DNA of 63,859 bases, filler included, from Octopus bimaculoides (GCF_001194135.2; 6 parts of 6 records of this genome joined end to end with filler, not necessarily neighbours in it); one strand, 5' to 3'. Positions 12,101-23,555 are shown, counted from the first letter of the whole stretch. Notes: generated by a model not told the origin, from the letters alone. Numbers and translations are program-made.

Positions 12101-13341
12101 ATAATTTTTTCTTTCTCTTTTCCCGTAATTATTGCAGCTTTTTCTCCTTCTTTCTCGATTCCTTTTACAACTTTTCCATTTTCTTCAAATATAACATCCT
12201 TTCGGCTTTCTTCAGTTGTTACAACTTCTTTTTCAATTTCTTCACTTACTACTTCTCTTTCGCTTTCTCCAATTCTTTCAACATCTTTTTCTTTTTCTTC
12301 AGTTTTTGCCGCATCTTTTTCTACTTCTTCACTTACTACATCTCTTTCTCTTTCTTCAATTTTTTCAACATCTTTTTCTTCAGTTTTTGCCGTATCTGAT
12401 TCTATTTCTTCAATTTTCGCCGCATCTTTTTGTATTTCTTCACTTACCACTATATCTCTTTCTCTTTCTTCAATTCTTTCAATATCTTTTTGTATTTCTT
12501 CAATTTTCGCCGCATCTTTTTGTATTTCTTCACTTACCACTATATCTCTTTCTCTTTCTTCAATTCTTTCAATACCTTTTTCGATTTCTTCAGTTTTCGC
12601 CGCATCTTTTTGTATTTCTTCACTTACCACTATATCTCTTTCTCTTTCTTCAATTCTTTCAATATCTTTTTCTTTTTCTTCAGTCTTCGCCGCGTCTTTT
12701 TCTATTTCTTCAGTTTTTACCGCATCTTTTTCTATTTCTTCGAGTGTTACACCCTTTTCTTCACGAACATAGTTTTCTCTTTCTTCAAATTTTTGTATAT
12801 CTTTTTCTTTTTCTTTTTCATTTTCTTCAGTTTTTACATCTTTTTCTATTCCTTCAGTCAGTACATCTTTTTCTTTCCCTTTAGTTATTACATCTTTTTC
12901 TTGTTCTTCAGTTCTTACATCTTTTACTATATCTTCAATTACTACATCTTTTTCTTTTTCTTCCTTTTCTTCTGCTTCTAATTCCTCGACGCCTTCTTTC
13001 TGGCTTTCGGCAGATCTCAACGAAGCAATATATTCTTGAGGTGTTTCTAGTCCTCCGTTTAAATTTGAATCCAAATTCAAATCTAGAGAAGTTTCAGGGA
13101 GATATTTTTTAAGTGACTTACTAGCACTAGAGGCTGTGGTGCTGTTATCCTGCGACGTTTCTTTTCTGAGAACGCCATTCTTCACAGCGTCGTTTTCTTT
13201 GATGTTGGGATCTTCGTGTGTTTCGATTCCTTCGACTTTCTTGGGTTTACTCGGCGAAGAAAAACTCTTTTTAAAGCTGTTTCTAAGCAAATGAAATATA
13301 CTCTTTGGACGTTCTGGATTTTTTTCTCCTTCTGGGTCCAT
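123..13341 (-). CDS. Coding part of a giant exon: ~4406 aa acidic, E/S/T/V/K/P-rich, largely disordered repeat protein; N-terminal part of a gene continuing left of the window
   Basis: Single stop-free frame on both sides of the 864-N gap. ATG in AAAAGGAAA-ATG context with in-frame TAA at 13369-13371 upstream. Canonical donor CAG|GTAAGT at 123/122 (phase 1), so the ORF-track tail 94-122 (KLVFCYIF) is probably intron read-through. No SINE or dinucleotide microsatellite in 13 kb, unlike the rest of the window. Continuity through the gap is inferred. Confidence 0.85.
4560..5345 (-). repeat. Coding tandem repeat, 72 bp / 24 aa (VDSEVVHEVVEVSLPTVTQEAVPS), ~10 copies
   Basis: TTCATGTACGACTTC recurs at 4831, 4903 and 4975 (72-bp spacing); 4621-4860 is nearly identical to 4981-5220. 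Confidence 0.95.
5860..6045 (-). repeat. Second, diverged cluster of the 24-aa repeat (VVHETVEVSPPT...), ~2.5 copies
   Basis: Translation VVHETVEVSPPTDIQETLPSVNKEIVYETIENSPLTVAQETSALQDGEMHETVEVSPS matches the 24-aa unit. Confidence 0.8.
8415..11022 (-). repeat. Coding tandem repeat, 36 bp / 12 aa (D/S-EKLPEVPSVTL), spanning the 9404-10267 gap
   Basis: Plus-strand unit CATCTAATGTCACTGATGGTACCTCAGGCAGTTTCT repeated on both gap flanks; ~48 copies visible, ~70 if the gap is filled by repeats. Confidence 0.95.
12210..12741 (-). repeat. Coding E/K-rich repeat, 90 bp / 30 aa built from three 10-aa subunits
   Basis: CGCATCTTTTTGTATTTCTTC at 12421, 12511 and 12601 (90-bp spacing); EEIQKDAAKT-EEIEKGIERI-EERERDIVVS. 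Confidence 0.92.
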
Positions 13342-13386
13342 TTTCCTTTTAACTTTTTTCTTTTTCTTTTATTGTTGTATTTTATT

Positions 13387-13419
13387 TTATTCTAATTTTA
13401 TAACAAGAATATAAATCAT
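13387..13419 (-). other. Upstream ORF (MIYILVIKLE*) in the 5'UTR part of the giant exon
   Basis: ATG ATT TAT ATT CTT GTT ATA AAA TTA GAA TAA read directly; in frame with the main ORF, ending 45 nt before its ATG. Confidence 0.5.
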
Positions 13420-13452
13420 TTGGGCTCCAGGATTCTTTCGCTGTCGGTTTCT

Positions 13453-13481
13453 CTGCAAGAAGAAGAAAAAATCGAGATTAG
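13453..13481 (-). promoter_or_regulatory. Branch point, polypyrimidine tract and 3' splice acceptor of the giant exon
   Basis: Minus strand reads CTAATCTCGATTTTTTCTTCTTCTTGCAG|AGAAACC; CTAAT lies ~25 nt upstream of the AG. This defines a 111-nt 5'UTR portion (13452-13342). Confidence 0.75.
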
Positions 13482-13483
13482 AT

Positions 13484-13576
<93 letters not shown>
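13484..13576. repeat. Compound trinucleotide microsatellite (TAC)n(TAA)n
   Basis: Read directly; abuts the branch point and runs into the first join spacer. Confidence 0.95.
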
Positions 13577-13676
13577 NNNNNNNNNNNNNNNNNNNNNNNN
13601 NNNNNNNNNNNNNNNNNNNNTTAATTAATTAANNNNNNNNNNNNNNNNNNNNNNNNNNNNNNNNNNNNNNNNNNNN
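13577..13676. other. Artificial assembly join spacer 44N-TTAATTAATTAA-44N
   Basis: Identical 100-bp architecture occurs five times; palindromic 12-mer with stops in all six frames. Confidence 0.92.
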
Positions 13677-14470
13677 ATATATACGCATATACACACACAG
13701 ACACACAGACACACACACATATATATTCTTACAGACTTATATATGAGTCTGTCTGGTAGCGACAAAACGTCTTTCATTTAAGTCGAGAAAAGAAGGAAAT
13801 AAGTTACATATTTGCTACTTTTTAAAAAAATATTTTATTCCATGTTTTTTTTTTTGTCACTTTCTTTTTTACTAAATAAGCAACATCTAATGTTAAGTCT
13901 TCATAATTGCGGTATTTTAATATAATTTATATGTTTCCGAATACATAATTTATATATTTCTTTATAAATATTCGAGGAGAGGAAGAAATATAAGACATTT
14001 GAATTTTAGCTGTAGGGGAAGGGTGAGAAATAAAAGAGAATAACTTTCAAAATATATGGTTTAGTAGACTTCTTTCGAGACTACGTACCAACTGATTTGT
14101 TAGAACAATAGAGCTGTAAGTTTACACATGTATGTATGAATATATAAACATATGTGTATGTGCGTGTGTTTGTGTGTGTGTGTATGTATGTATATATATA
14201 TATATACATACAAATGTATGAATATGTGAATATATATGCATGTAATATATATGTGTGTATGTTTGTATGTGTATGTGTGTGTGTGTGTGTGAATAAATAT
14301 ATATAGAGAGAGAGAGCGAGAGAGAGCGAGAGAGAAAGAGAGTATGAATATTTATATATGGATATGATTATATATGTATATATATATATATATATAGACA
14401 TATATATATATATATACATGTATATATATGTATATACATATATGTGTATATACGTATACACACACACACG

Positions 14471-14511
<41 letters not shown>

Positions 14512-14879
14512 GCATGTATGTATGCACACACATACATGCACACATGCATATATGTGCATGTGGTTATGTATATTCATCGTTTACCTAATAGTTGTTTCGG
14601 TCATTGCACTACAGCCATTGTTTAGTCAAACAGATCGTTCGAAGGTTCTAAGTCTGGAAACCAAGTATTTGCTCTTTCGATATTTTTCGTCTCACCACTA
14701 CATTCTGTGCACGTAAATATACTAACAGAAGTTGTCAAGTGATGTAGATAGACAACACAATCCAAAGAAGTGAGATACTATCATTTTCAAGTACTGGTAG
14801 TGGTTTGTGTTCCGAGCATTTTTTTTTTATTATGGGGCAGGTCCAAGTCTTTGCAAATAACCCGGTGAATATACGTTTG

Positions 14880-15675
14880 CTCAGTCACATAGTCATTGCG
14901 ACTTCATTGCTGAAACTTTGGACAATTTTGATAATATTTCTCTCTTCAATGGCGCTTCTAGGAAAAAGTTTTAGGTTATATACAAGAGATGGCTTATTTT
15001 TTTGTCCATGGGACCTATAACTCATGACGGTTTCGTTGAAGAAGTTTGTTAGCGATGTCAGAGTAAGGCTGAAAAGCAAGAATGACAGTGTGTGTCCCAG
15101 GAAAATACATCTTTTTGGGGTATGTGGAAGGTTTTAATAACTTGTGAGTCATTTGTTAATGTTATACACGTCTTCCAGTTTGCCATTGCGTGTTTAATAT
15201 ATTTTAGTAGTGGTGGGGATACTGTATTTGTGTGGAGAGATTCCATTATCCATGAGCACGAAACACTGTCGAATGCTTTCTAGTAATCAATCCAAGTCAT
15301 GTTCAATTTTGTCTTTCTCCTCTTAAAGTCCCCTATCATGGCTCGATTTACCAGAAGTTGCTCCTTACAGTCATACATCCCTCTCCGGCACCCGTTGTTT
15401 TTCTTCTGGTTAAGCATTCCTTCTCTCAGGATATATTTCCGGACATTCGTGTCATTCTCCGAGATATTTCCACTTCAGTCAGTATTTCTTCTTCATTCGC
15501 AACATCTCCACTTCAATCAGTATTTCTTCTTCTTCTCCATATTTGGTACGTTTCTCATGCTATCCCTGTGTTTCCCGGGTTTAGTTTTCCTGTATAGAAT
15601 AGATATAGCACTTCGATGTAGTCGTCTTCTGTCCACCGTCATCTTTTGGTTTTGTTTTTCGCTTGGGTAGTGACA
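14880..15675 (-). mobile_element. Decayed, internally deleted R4/Dong-like non-LTR retrotransposon (N-terminal region joined to RT)
   Basis: Frameshifted translation: KTKR*RWTEDDYIEVLYLFY...TYQIW, then GCRRGMYDCKEQLLVNRAM...LNMTWIDY*KAFDSV...W-I-MESL...MANWKT...TLSFLLFSLTL...LKLF...IVQSFSNEVAM. These match RT motifs of the RLE-type R4 clade as I recall them. Confidence 0.7.
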
Positions 15676-15699
15676 GTAAGAGAGGGGTATGCCTGTTCA

Positions 15700-15990
15700 G
15701 AGCTCTATGCTAATTTTGTTTTGCGATCTGAGCTCAAAGATAACACTTCACCTTTAGTTGTTTTTGGAGTTTTATTACGGAGTATATCTGCTTTTTCTCT
15801 GTATTTAAAATGAAACATGCTGCATTTTATATCTATGGTTATTATTATTTTCTCGTTTAATTTATTTAAACATCGTGTTCTACGTTGTCTTGCTCGTGTA
15901 CGAAATGTCCGAGTGCTTGTGTGAACGATATAAACATTACATTTGTGTGTATTTGTGTAGAAAAATGACTGCATATACGATTATTATAGG
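15700..15990 (-). mobile_element. Possible decayed Penelope-type GIY-YIG endonuclease
   Basis: Translation IIVY.../CNVYIVHTSTRTFRTRARQ resembles the VY..C..YIGxTxRxFxTRxxEH pattern; heavily degenerate. Confidence 0.4.
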
Positions 15991-17120
15991 TACTTCCGTT
16001 TTTTTTTTCTGTAGCTACATCGCATTCTCGCATCTTGTTTCAATTCTTCTATAGGCAAATCACACCTCCGCGTGTTGTTTATATTATCACACTCGTAATT
16101 GCAACTTTATCTGCCGTATTATGTCAGGAGTAACACAACTCTATCAAACAGAATACATAACGTACCACTTAAATGTTTATGTATCTCATAATTATTTATG
16201 CTCCTAATAAATATTAATGAACCTCATAAATATTCATATTACTATACATCACTGTATCACTAAATCTGGCTCTCCCGCAATGAATGGTTTGAGGTGTGAG
16301 AAACTGATGCAAAAATAAAGCCCGCAGGACATATATGCTTCTTTCCCTGACGGTATCTGTAAATCTCATGTACTTGTTCCTCACTGGCAGTTACGATTTT
16401 GTTGCGCATTCGTCGAAAGTGTCTGCAAATAATCCGTCTTAAAGTTATGTGACTGTTTTATCTGTCTGGTTCTTCCATTCTTTAACTATTTCTAAATAAG
16501 TGCTTATTTAAATACACTTATCTGTGTTTCTTTGTGCAAACATTATTTTAATACACATATAGAAGGTAGCAGAATCATCACCTTCAGACTACGAGGCCTT
16601 CGCTAATAATATCGCCGTTGGTCTTTCTTCTCTGAGCAAGCACATAGCTACGTTTCCACGGAGCTATATAACTTATATCTTTCTCTATCTTCAACCTGGT
16701 TTCAGAAGTTAGATACTGGCTATGCTGGAGCAACGAATAGATCACAGCACTTTTATTTTAAGCGCGGAACTTATTTTCTCTGTCTCTTTTGCCGATTCGT
16801 TTTACAGTTATGGGTTCTTTACACATGCTAAGCGACTGATATTATTATTAACAATATCTTCATATATATTTGAATGATTTGCATCTATATATGTTATTTC
16901 ATTCTTTTACTTGTTTTAGTCATTTCACTACGGCCATGCTGGAGCACCACCTTAAAACGTTTTAGTCGAAGAAATCCACCCTAACATTTATTATAATGTC
17001 TTTGTTGATGAAGAACCGTAATGACTGTGCCACCCGCCTCGGTATGTACATATGTAGACACACACACACACGCACGCACATATATATTATATATACATTT
17101 ATATATACTTATTATATATG

Positions 17121-17156
<36 letters not shown>

Positions 17157-17214
17157 TATATATATAGTCAATCCAAACATGAACAAGCAAGGAAAAACAA
17201 CAACCCAAGGACGT

Positions 17215-17375
17215 GGCATAAGCACAATTTTATTGGACGCTCAGAAAAGGAAAGAAAAGAAAGAGGATTTCACGTTTCGAGTGGAACGCTTCATCAGAAA
17301 TATAGAAAAAGTCCAAAGAAGGGAAGACGGAGAAAGAAAATCGCCAACGATGCACACGCGGTCACATATTGAAAT
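17215..17375 (-). mobile_element. PLE-like terminal repeat remnant with degenerate minimal hammerhead core
   Basis: Minus strand TTT-CTGATGA-A-GCG-TTCCA-CTC-GAAACGT-G-AAA, followed downstream by AATAAA. Confidence 0.55.
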
Positions 17376-18217
17376 ATAACTGTGTGTTCGCGGTGCAGTG
17401 TCTGGAAACATTAAGTACTGCAACACGGGAAGAGAAATGTGCCTCAATTTCAACATTCAAACAAACATATTATTTCAATGTTTGCGCAATTGAAATAAGA
17501 ATACGATGACGTTTCGGACGATAGTCTTTCAGCAGAAAAAGAATGAAAATGGAAAAAAAGTGCACATCCTGAGAAAGCACGGAAAGGAAACATACACCAC
17601 TCCACACAGGAATTTTGAAATATGATTTAGCTGCGAATTATGTGATTTGTATGACATATTTTCTTGGGTAATGAACCACATGGTTCTATGGTAACCTCGA
17701 CAAAATACAATTAGAGACAACAATGTTGTCAAGCCACTGTACACTGACATTTCAAAAGCAGCTACTCTAAGTTCTCTCGTACACATACGAACTTGCACCT
17801 GGCTTTAGAAATGACAATGGAAAAATTCTGTGTAACTTTGGCATTCAGACAGGCGTCTAGATAATGTATTATTAGCCAGCTATCACTCTCCATGACGAAA
17901 ATGACAATAGCGATTTATTATTATGTTAGTACAAGGAAACACAGATAAGAGAATTTGCGCAAACACATATTCAGAAATACTTGAGAATTAACGAGCTAGA
18001 CAGATAAAATAAACACAATATTCTAAGAAGGATTATTACAGACACGTAAGATTAATGTTTAAGAGTGAGTTAAATGTAAGAAGAAAAATAAATTAAAAGA
18101 AATTAACGGGTATTAATAAACCAGCTGTTTGAGGTATAACTTTCAGAAACTACAAAACTCTTATAATGAAGTAGATTGCAAAAATTAACGGAAGATTATG
18201 TGAATGTGTCGCAGACA

Positions 18218-18690
18218 CCTCTTGTTTTCATAATTGTTATGAACTGGATTGACATGCGCAATAACCCGGTGCTACTTGGCTCATTAGACGGTGATCTCCA
18301 GCTTAAACTGAATACGTTTGCTGCCGAGTGTTGCAAAACAAGGTAAAGAATAGGTGTTATCAAAATTGAGTCCTCGCAAGAAAAGACCAATACCTCTGCA
18401 TATTCGTTGACCTTCATTAAACTACGTTGAGAAGCTTAATTATTTCCATCGCCATATTGACAAATGACGAGTGGAAGCTGGATTTACAGGTGTTGGCACA
18501 GTAACGTGCCAGCTCCAACAGCCAATCCTCAACAGAGGAAAGGTTGGTAATATGCCAAACTTGCTTCTTCAATTCGGTTTTCGTCACTACCATAATCTAT
18601 GGAAATGAATGTTTGGTAATGACCGAAAGAGTACGATAACGAATACAAATGGCCAAAATGGGATTCGTCGGTTAAATGATATATGTAGTT
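18218..18690 (+). mobile_element. Decayed RTE-clade LINE reverse transcriptase fragment
   Basis: PLVFIIVMNWID...PVLLGSLDGDLQLKLNTFAAEC...SVFVTTIIYGNECLVMTERVR*RIQMAKMGF parallels the RTE pattern SPLLF..MNWID/DLQ..L..FAAEC/SVFVP.L.YG.E.WVMTER...EMGF; stops and frameshifts present. Confidence 0.75.
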
Positions 18691-18924
18691 TCAATTAGTC
18701 GCGCTTAGGAATTCAGCTGGGGGATCTAGTGGTAGTTAATTCTTAAAATAACACTATGGCGAAGGTGTCTGAGAAGTCTACTCCAAAGACTCTCCCAGGA
18801 AAAGTGGACGGCGGAAACGAATAGGTCTTTCTCTGTAATTTTAATGAAAAGAGAATAGAGAAAATAAGAATTGGTCGGGTTTCCTGCACCGGAAGTTACA
18901 ACAGCATTATTAAATATTATCGAG

Positions 18925-19250
18925 GGCGCATGGCTCAGTGACTAGTGTATGGAGCTTACAATCATGTAGCTGTGTGTTCGCTTCTTGGATAAGGTTGTGT
19001 ATTGTGTTCATGAGCAAAGCACTGTATTTCAAGTCGCTCCAGTTCACTCAGTTGTAGAAATGAGCTGGGACGCCAGTGATGCCGAGCTGAATCGCCCTTT
19101 GCCTTTCGATTGGATAACATTGATGGCATGAAGAGGGGAGACTGGTGTACATGGGTGACTGCTAGTCCTGCACAGAAAATTTGCCCGGACTTGTGCCTCG
19201 GAGGGGAACTTTCTGTGGTCATTGGTGACCGACGGGGGTCTTTACTCATT
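18925..19250 (+). mobile_element. tRNA-derived SINE, family A (near full length)
   Basis: tRNA-like head GGCGCATGGCTCAGTG with a degraded B box, body GAGCAAAGCACTGTATTTC...CCAGTTCACTCAG; related copies at 26531 and 55365. Confidence 0.8.
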
Positions 19251-19569
19251 TTTTTAAAAACATTGTCACAAAGCAAGGTAATAGAAAATATACCTTAAGG
19301 AGTCGGAAAAGATAGGGTGACGATTGTCTTTCTGTAAAAAATTAGCATCAGAAGGTACCTTAGCTGCTTGTTCTACTTTTGTGTCGTCGGCATATAATCT
19401 AGTTTAAAAAGAAGTTTTCGTATAATGTATATATTGTGTCTGGTGTGTAAATCGTGCGTAGGCACCTTTCTTTGTCCACTTTTCAATCACACGTATTCTG
19501 GGCTGCTGCAGATAGAGGAAGTTGTTTCATCAATCTTGATGTCTCCTTCCCGTTTCGTTTCGGATTTAG

Positions 19570-19945
19570 AATTCTTTAAATTTAAGTTCCTTTTGCCTTT
19601 CGTAGTTGAACATTTTCAACTTTTATTTTGTAAAAGGGAAATATTTTAAAATTTTCCGTTTCCACAAACGTCTAGATGTTTACAACCTGGAACATTTCTA
19701 AGAGATGAATATCTATTTTGCTGTATATACACGCTTACACGACTGGTTGATTTAATTTTGTCCCTGTTTCCCCAATGTAGTTCTCGTTGCATAATGTGTA
19801 TGTAATGCAACAGTTGCGATTGCTTTGTTTTGCAATTCGTATTTACATTCACTTTCAATTCATTTCGTTTCTTGAAAGCTTTAGTTGTTCCTTGTTTAAT
19901 TATTTCACATGACTCACAACAAGGGTATCCGCGTGCACTTGAAAG
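19570..19945 (-). mobile_element. Decayed Penelope-like element GIY-YIG endonuclease with upstream CxxC
   Basis: YPCCESCEII...NTNCKT / CITYTLCNENYIGETGTKLNQ / IQQ...KHLDVCG across frameshifts. Confidence 0.75.
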
Positions 19946-21154
19946 GTAACGGAACATAAATATCTGGAAATAGAAATATTAACAATGTGGCCATTAAAAA
20001 CGGAAACCATCTGTATTTTCACAGATGACTTGAAAATTATTAAATATAAGACAAATAAATATATATATAACCAAAACACCAAAACGCCTGAATCCAAGTT
20101 CTTAGAAATATGCAGAATACGCAGAAATAATACAACTGCATACACATGACAGAGAGTACGTTAAATGTAATTTGGTTGAAACGGAAAAGTTTAAAAGAAT
20201 CCTTGGTACCCAAGGCACAGAATACTGCTCTCGATTTTCCCGTGACAGCGACTAATTAAAATATGACTAATGAATATTTAATTATAATTAAACTCTAATA
20301 AGATTTATACACTATGCGACTACTTTTGCTTAATTGGGGGTAATGATCTTGAGCAATTCTACTTGAAATATGAAGTGAGTAGGCATTGCAAAATATGTTG
20401 CCTTCAACCCTGGGGACGGAAATACCAAAAATAGCTAGAGTGTGTTTATTAGAGATATAAAATTGCACCAGAAATTTCATTAATTGTTGGAGGGAACAAA
20501 TGACATTTTAGTAAGAGATGAATACACGTATGATGTAGATACACAACGATGCCAATATATGGTAGACATATTTGAAGTCTACGATCTTGCCTAGTAGTAA
20601 TGCGTCGGATTAAATGCTTACAGGCGTTTCGTCCGTCTTAACGTTTTGTTTGTTCGAATTCCACCAAGGTCGAATTTGCATTTCATTCTTTCCCCAGTTT
20701 TACCGTGTGAGTTTCACATTCCACGGAGGTCGACTTTGCTTTTATCCTTAAATACCAGTTAAAAATCATTTTCAGGTTTATCTTGCCGAACTGCCATTTT
20801 ATGGGTACGTAAACACACCTACACCGCTTGCCTAACATTGGTGGGGGACAAACACAAACACAACGACACACCCACCTACATAAGAACACACACATATTGT
20901 GATATCTTTATGGATAAACAAATACACTGCAAAAGTGAGTGTAATAACGATATAATCGAAAGAAATGGCAGCAACCACACGGAACATAACAGCAATCTTT
21001 TAAGTACCAGGAATCCAACACACTAACTCGAACGGTAAACTTTGAATACCAAATGAACAATCGACACACTAACTGTGGAGCTAGCACGAACTAATTCACT
21101 TAGTCAGACCGCTACTATTTATATGTAGTGGTCCAGTATATTCTCGCCAGGGGA

Positions 21155-21320
21155 CATCGTCTGTCTTTACGTTCTGAGTTCAAATTCCGCCGAAGTCGAC
21201 TTTGCCTTTCATCCGTTCGGGGTCGGTAAATTAAGTACCAGTTGCGTACTGGAGTCGATCTATTGGACCGGCCCCTTTCCCAGATATTTCGGGCCTTGTG
21301 CCTAGAGTAGAAAAGAATAT
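21155..21320 (+). mobile_element. SINE family B, 5'-truncated
   Basis: GTTCTGAGTTCAAATTCCGCCGAAGTCGACTTTGCCTTTCATCC...TTAAGTACCAG shared with 62163-62396. Confidence 0.8.
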
Positions 21321-22505
21321 CATATTATATGACAAATGCAATAGAATGGACATATTGGTATATTTTAGTACAAAGAAGACGTCACAAAAGAACTACCAAC
21401 AAATATTTTCCAACCATGGCAGTGCTCCCTTATAATAAGCATCCAAATGTATATCTTTTTTACTCAGGTATTACACTGTGTTTTCCTATTATTTATATAG
21501 AATTTACACTCCTGCTGTGTCTTCTTCATTACTGGTATTTCTAGCAGAGACAAAAGCGACAGAAGCGACAAGAGAGGCAGCAGGGCGCATAAGACGCTTA
21601 ACCGTTAGACGATGTAAATTACTGAACGCTTTTAATGAACATTCTATGTATCAACATGTTAAAGAACGAAGCCATACTTTCACGTTTGGACATCTAAGAC
21701 GCTCCATATGATATTCCACCATTTTGTTTAGATCTATAATGTGTGAAGAAGAAAAAGAAAGAATCGCGTCTAAAAGCATTAGAAATGTGATATTTCTCCT
21801 TGTGTCATCGCGTTGTCAACAGATAAATATTTATTTCTTTTCATTAGCCCAAATATTATATGTAATTTATCGATTCAATTTCTCTTCTCTTCTTCCATAT
21901 TTTCATGTATTTTTAATTTTGATTTAGTTCTTGTTGAATATTAAAGTTTATAGGTTCTTCTGAATGAGAGTTGCTGCTCGTCATTTGGCGATATATTCTG
22001 TAACCTACATNNNNNNNNNNNNNNNNNNNNNNNNNNNNNNNNNNNNNNNNNNNNNNNNNNNNNNNNNNNNNNNNNNNNNNNNNNNNNNNNNNNNNNNNNN
22101 NNNNNNNNNNNNNNNNNNNNNNNNNNNNNNNNNNNNNNNNNNNNNNNNNNNNNNNNNNNNNNNNNNNNNNNNNNNNNNNNNNNNNNNNNNNNNNNNNNNN
22201 NNNNNNNNNNNNNNNNNNNNNNNNNNNNNNNNNNNNNNNNNNNNNNNNNNNNNNNNNNNNNNNNNNNNNNNNNNNNNNNNNNNNNNNNNNNNNNNNNNNN
22301 NNNNNNNNNNNNNNNNNNNNNNNNNNNNNNNNNNNNNNNNNNNNNNNNNNNNNNNNNNNNNNNNNNNNNNNNNNNNNNNNNNNNNNNNNNNNNNNNNNNN
22401 NNNNNNNNNNNNNNNNNNNNNNNNNNNNNNNNNNNNNNNNNNNNNNNNNNNNNNNNNNNNNNNNNNNNNNNNNNNNNNNAGAGAGAGACAGACAGACAGA
22501 GAGAT

Positions 22506-22594
<89 letters not shown>

Positions 22595-22700
22595 GCCCAG
22601 TCCCTTCCGACCCACCACCTACATACCTCTCATTCCCTACCTCCCAGCCTTCCACCCCACCACCCCTCCTACTTCTCTCACATCCACCCTTTCTCTACTT

Positions 22701-23116
22701 CAGTCTGTTGTTACCATTCCTCCAGATCTTCCCCTTTCTGAGGCGGAGCGTTCCCTCCTCAGTAGGGGACTGTGCTTCATCCCCCTCACTCCATCCACCA
22801 ACGAATTTTGGACTCGTGCCGATACCCACAGCTTTGTGTGCCGCGTTAGGTTGGGTTCGCCTTTGCGCGACACTCCACCTGCATCAAATGAGGAGGACTG
22901 CTTCACCGACCTGGTCCGCCGATCATCCTAGTGGATGCAAGCTCCTGGCTAGTTCCAAGCAGTCGATATCATTTTGCGGGAGCCTGCCAGTGAACTGTAG
23001 ACTGGTTTGAGTTTTTCAAGCGTCCCCGACATCTGAACATCTCCCCAGACGAACTCTCGGGCCTTTGATATCTCCGACGCCGCACGGACATCATCATAAA
23101 ACCGACCGACAAGGGT
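22701..23116 (+). mobile_element. Decayed Penelope-like (Neptune-type) ORF fragment up to the start of RT
   Basis: VVTIPPDLPLSEAERSLLSRGLCFIP...RVRL...LNISPDELSGL*YLRRRTDIIIKPTDKG; IIKPxDKG marks the PLE RT start; several stops and a frameshift. Confidence 0.8.
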
Positions 23117-23216
23117 NNNNNNNNNNNNNNNNNNNNNNNNNNNNNNNNNNNNNNNNNNNNTTAATTAATTAANNNNNNNNNNNNNNNNNNNNNNNNNNNN
23201 NNNNNNNNNNNNNNNN
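23117..23216. other. Artificial assembly join spacer
   Basis: 44N-TTAATTAATTAA-44N. Confidence 0.92.
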
Positions 23217-23298
23217 GTTTAACGTCCGCTTTCCATGCTAGCATGGGTTGGACGATTTGACTGAGGACTGGTGAAACCGGATGGCAACACCAGGCTCC

Positions 23299-23299
<1 letters not shown>
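23217..23299 (-). mobile_element. 3' end of RTE-related SINE-like repeat, family D
   Basis: Reverse complement of the 3' end of 40291-40602 (GTTTAACGTCCGCTTTCCATGCTAGCATGGG). Confidence 0.8.
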
Positions 23300-23333
<34 letters not shown>

Positions 23334-23555
23334 TAGATAGATAGATAGAAAGATAGATAGATAGATAGATATGTTTGTGTGTCTGTGTTTGTCCCCCACC
23401 ATCACTTGACAACTGATGTTGGTGTGTTTATGTCTCCGTAACATAGCGGTTCGGCAAAATAGACTGACTAAAGATGGTGCTACAGCATGTCTGCAGTCAA
23501 GTAAAAGAATAAAAGAATATATATATCTATGTATGTATGTATGCTTGTATATACA

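Noticed and set aside
1100-12981. Plus-strand ORFs overlapping the giant exon (e.g. 8399-9232, 11969-12772, 3503-4012)
   Set aside because: Antisense shadows of a repetitive E/K/V-rich coding strand (S/F/T-rich translations) with no independent signals.
123-13341. Assigning titin, futsch/MAP1B, ankyrin or EPLIN/Xirp identity to the giant ORF
   Set aside because: Similarity is compositional or limited to short motifs; no diagnostic folded domain is present in the window.
16000-16660. PLE RT remnant upstream of the tentative endonuclease at 15700-15990
   Set aside because: Only vague resemblance (YMRFTD for YxRYVDD); too degenerate to support by eye.
21490-21650. Possible minus-strand exon (AFSNLHRLTVKRLMRPAASLV...)
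   Set aside because: Weak donor, short frame and no similarity I can support.
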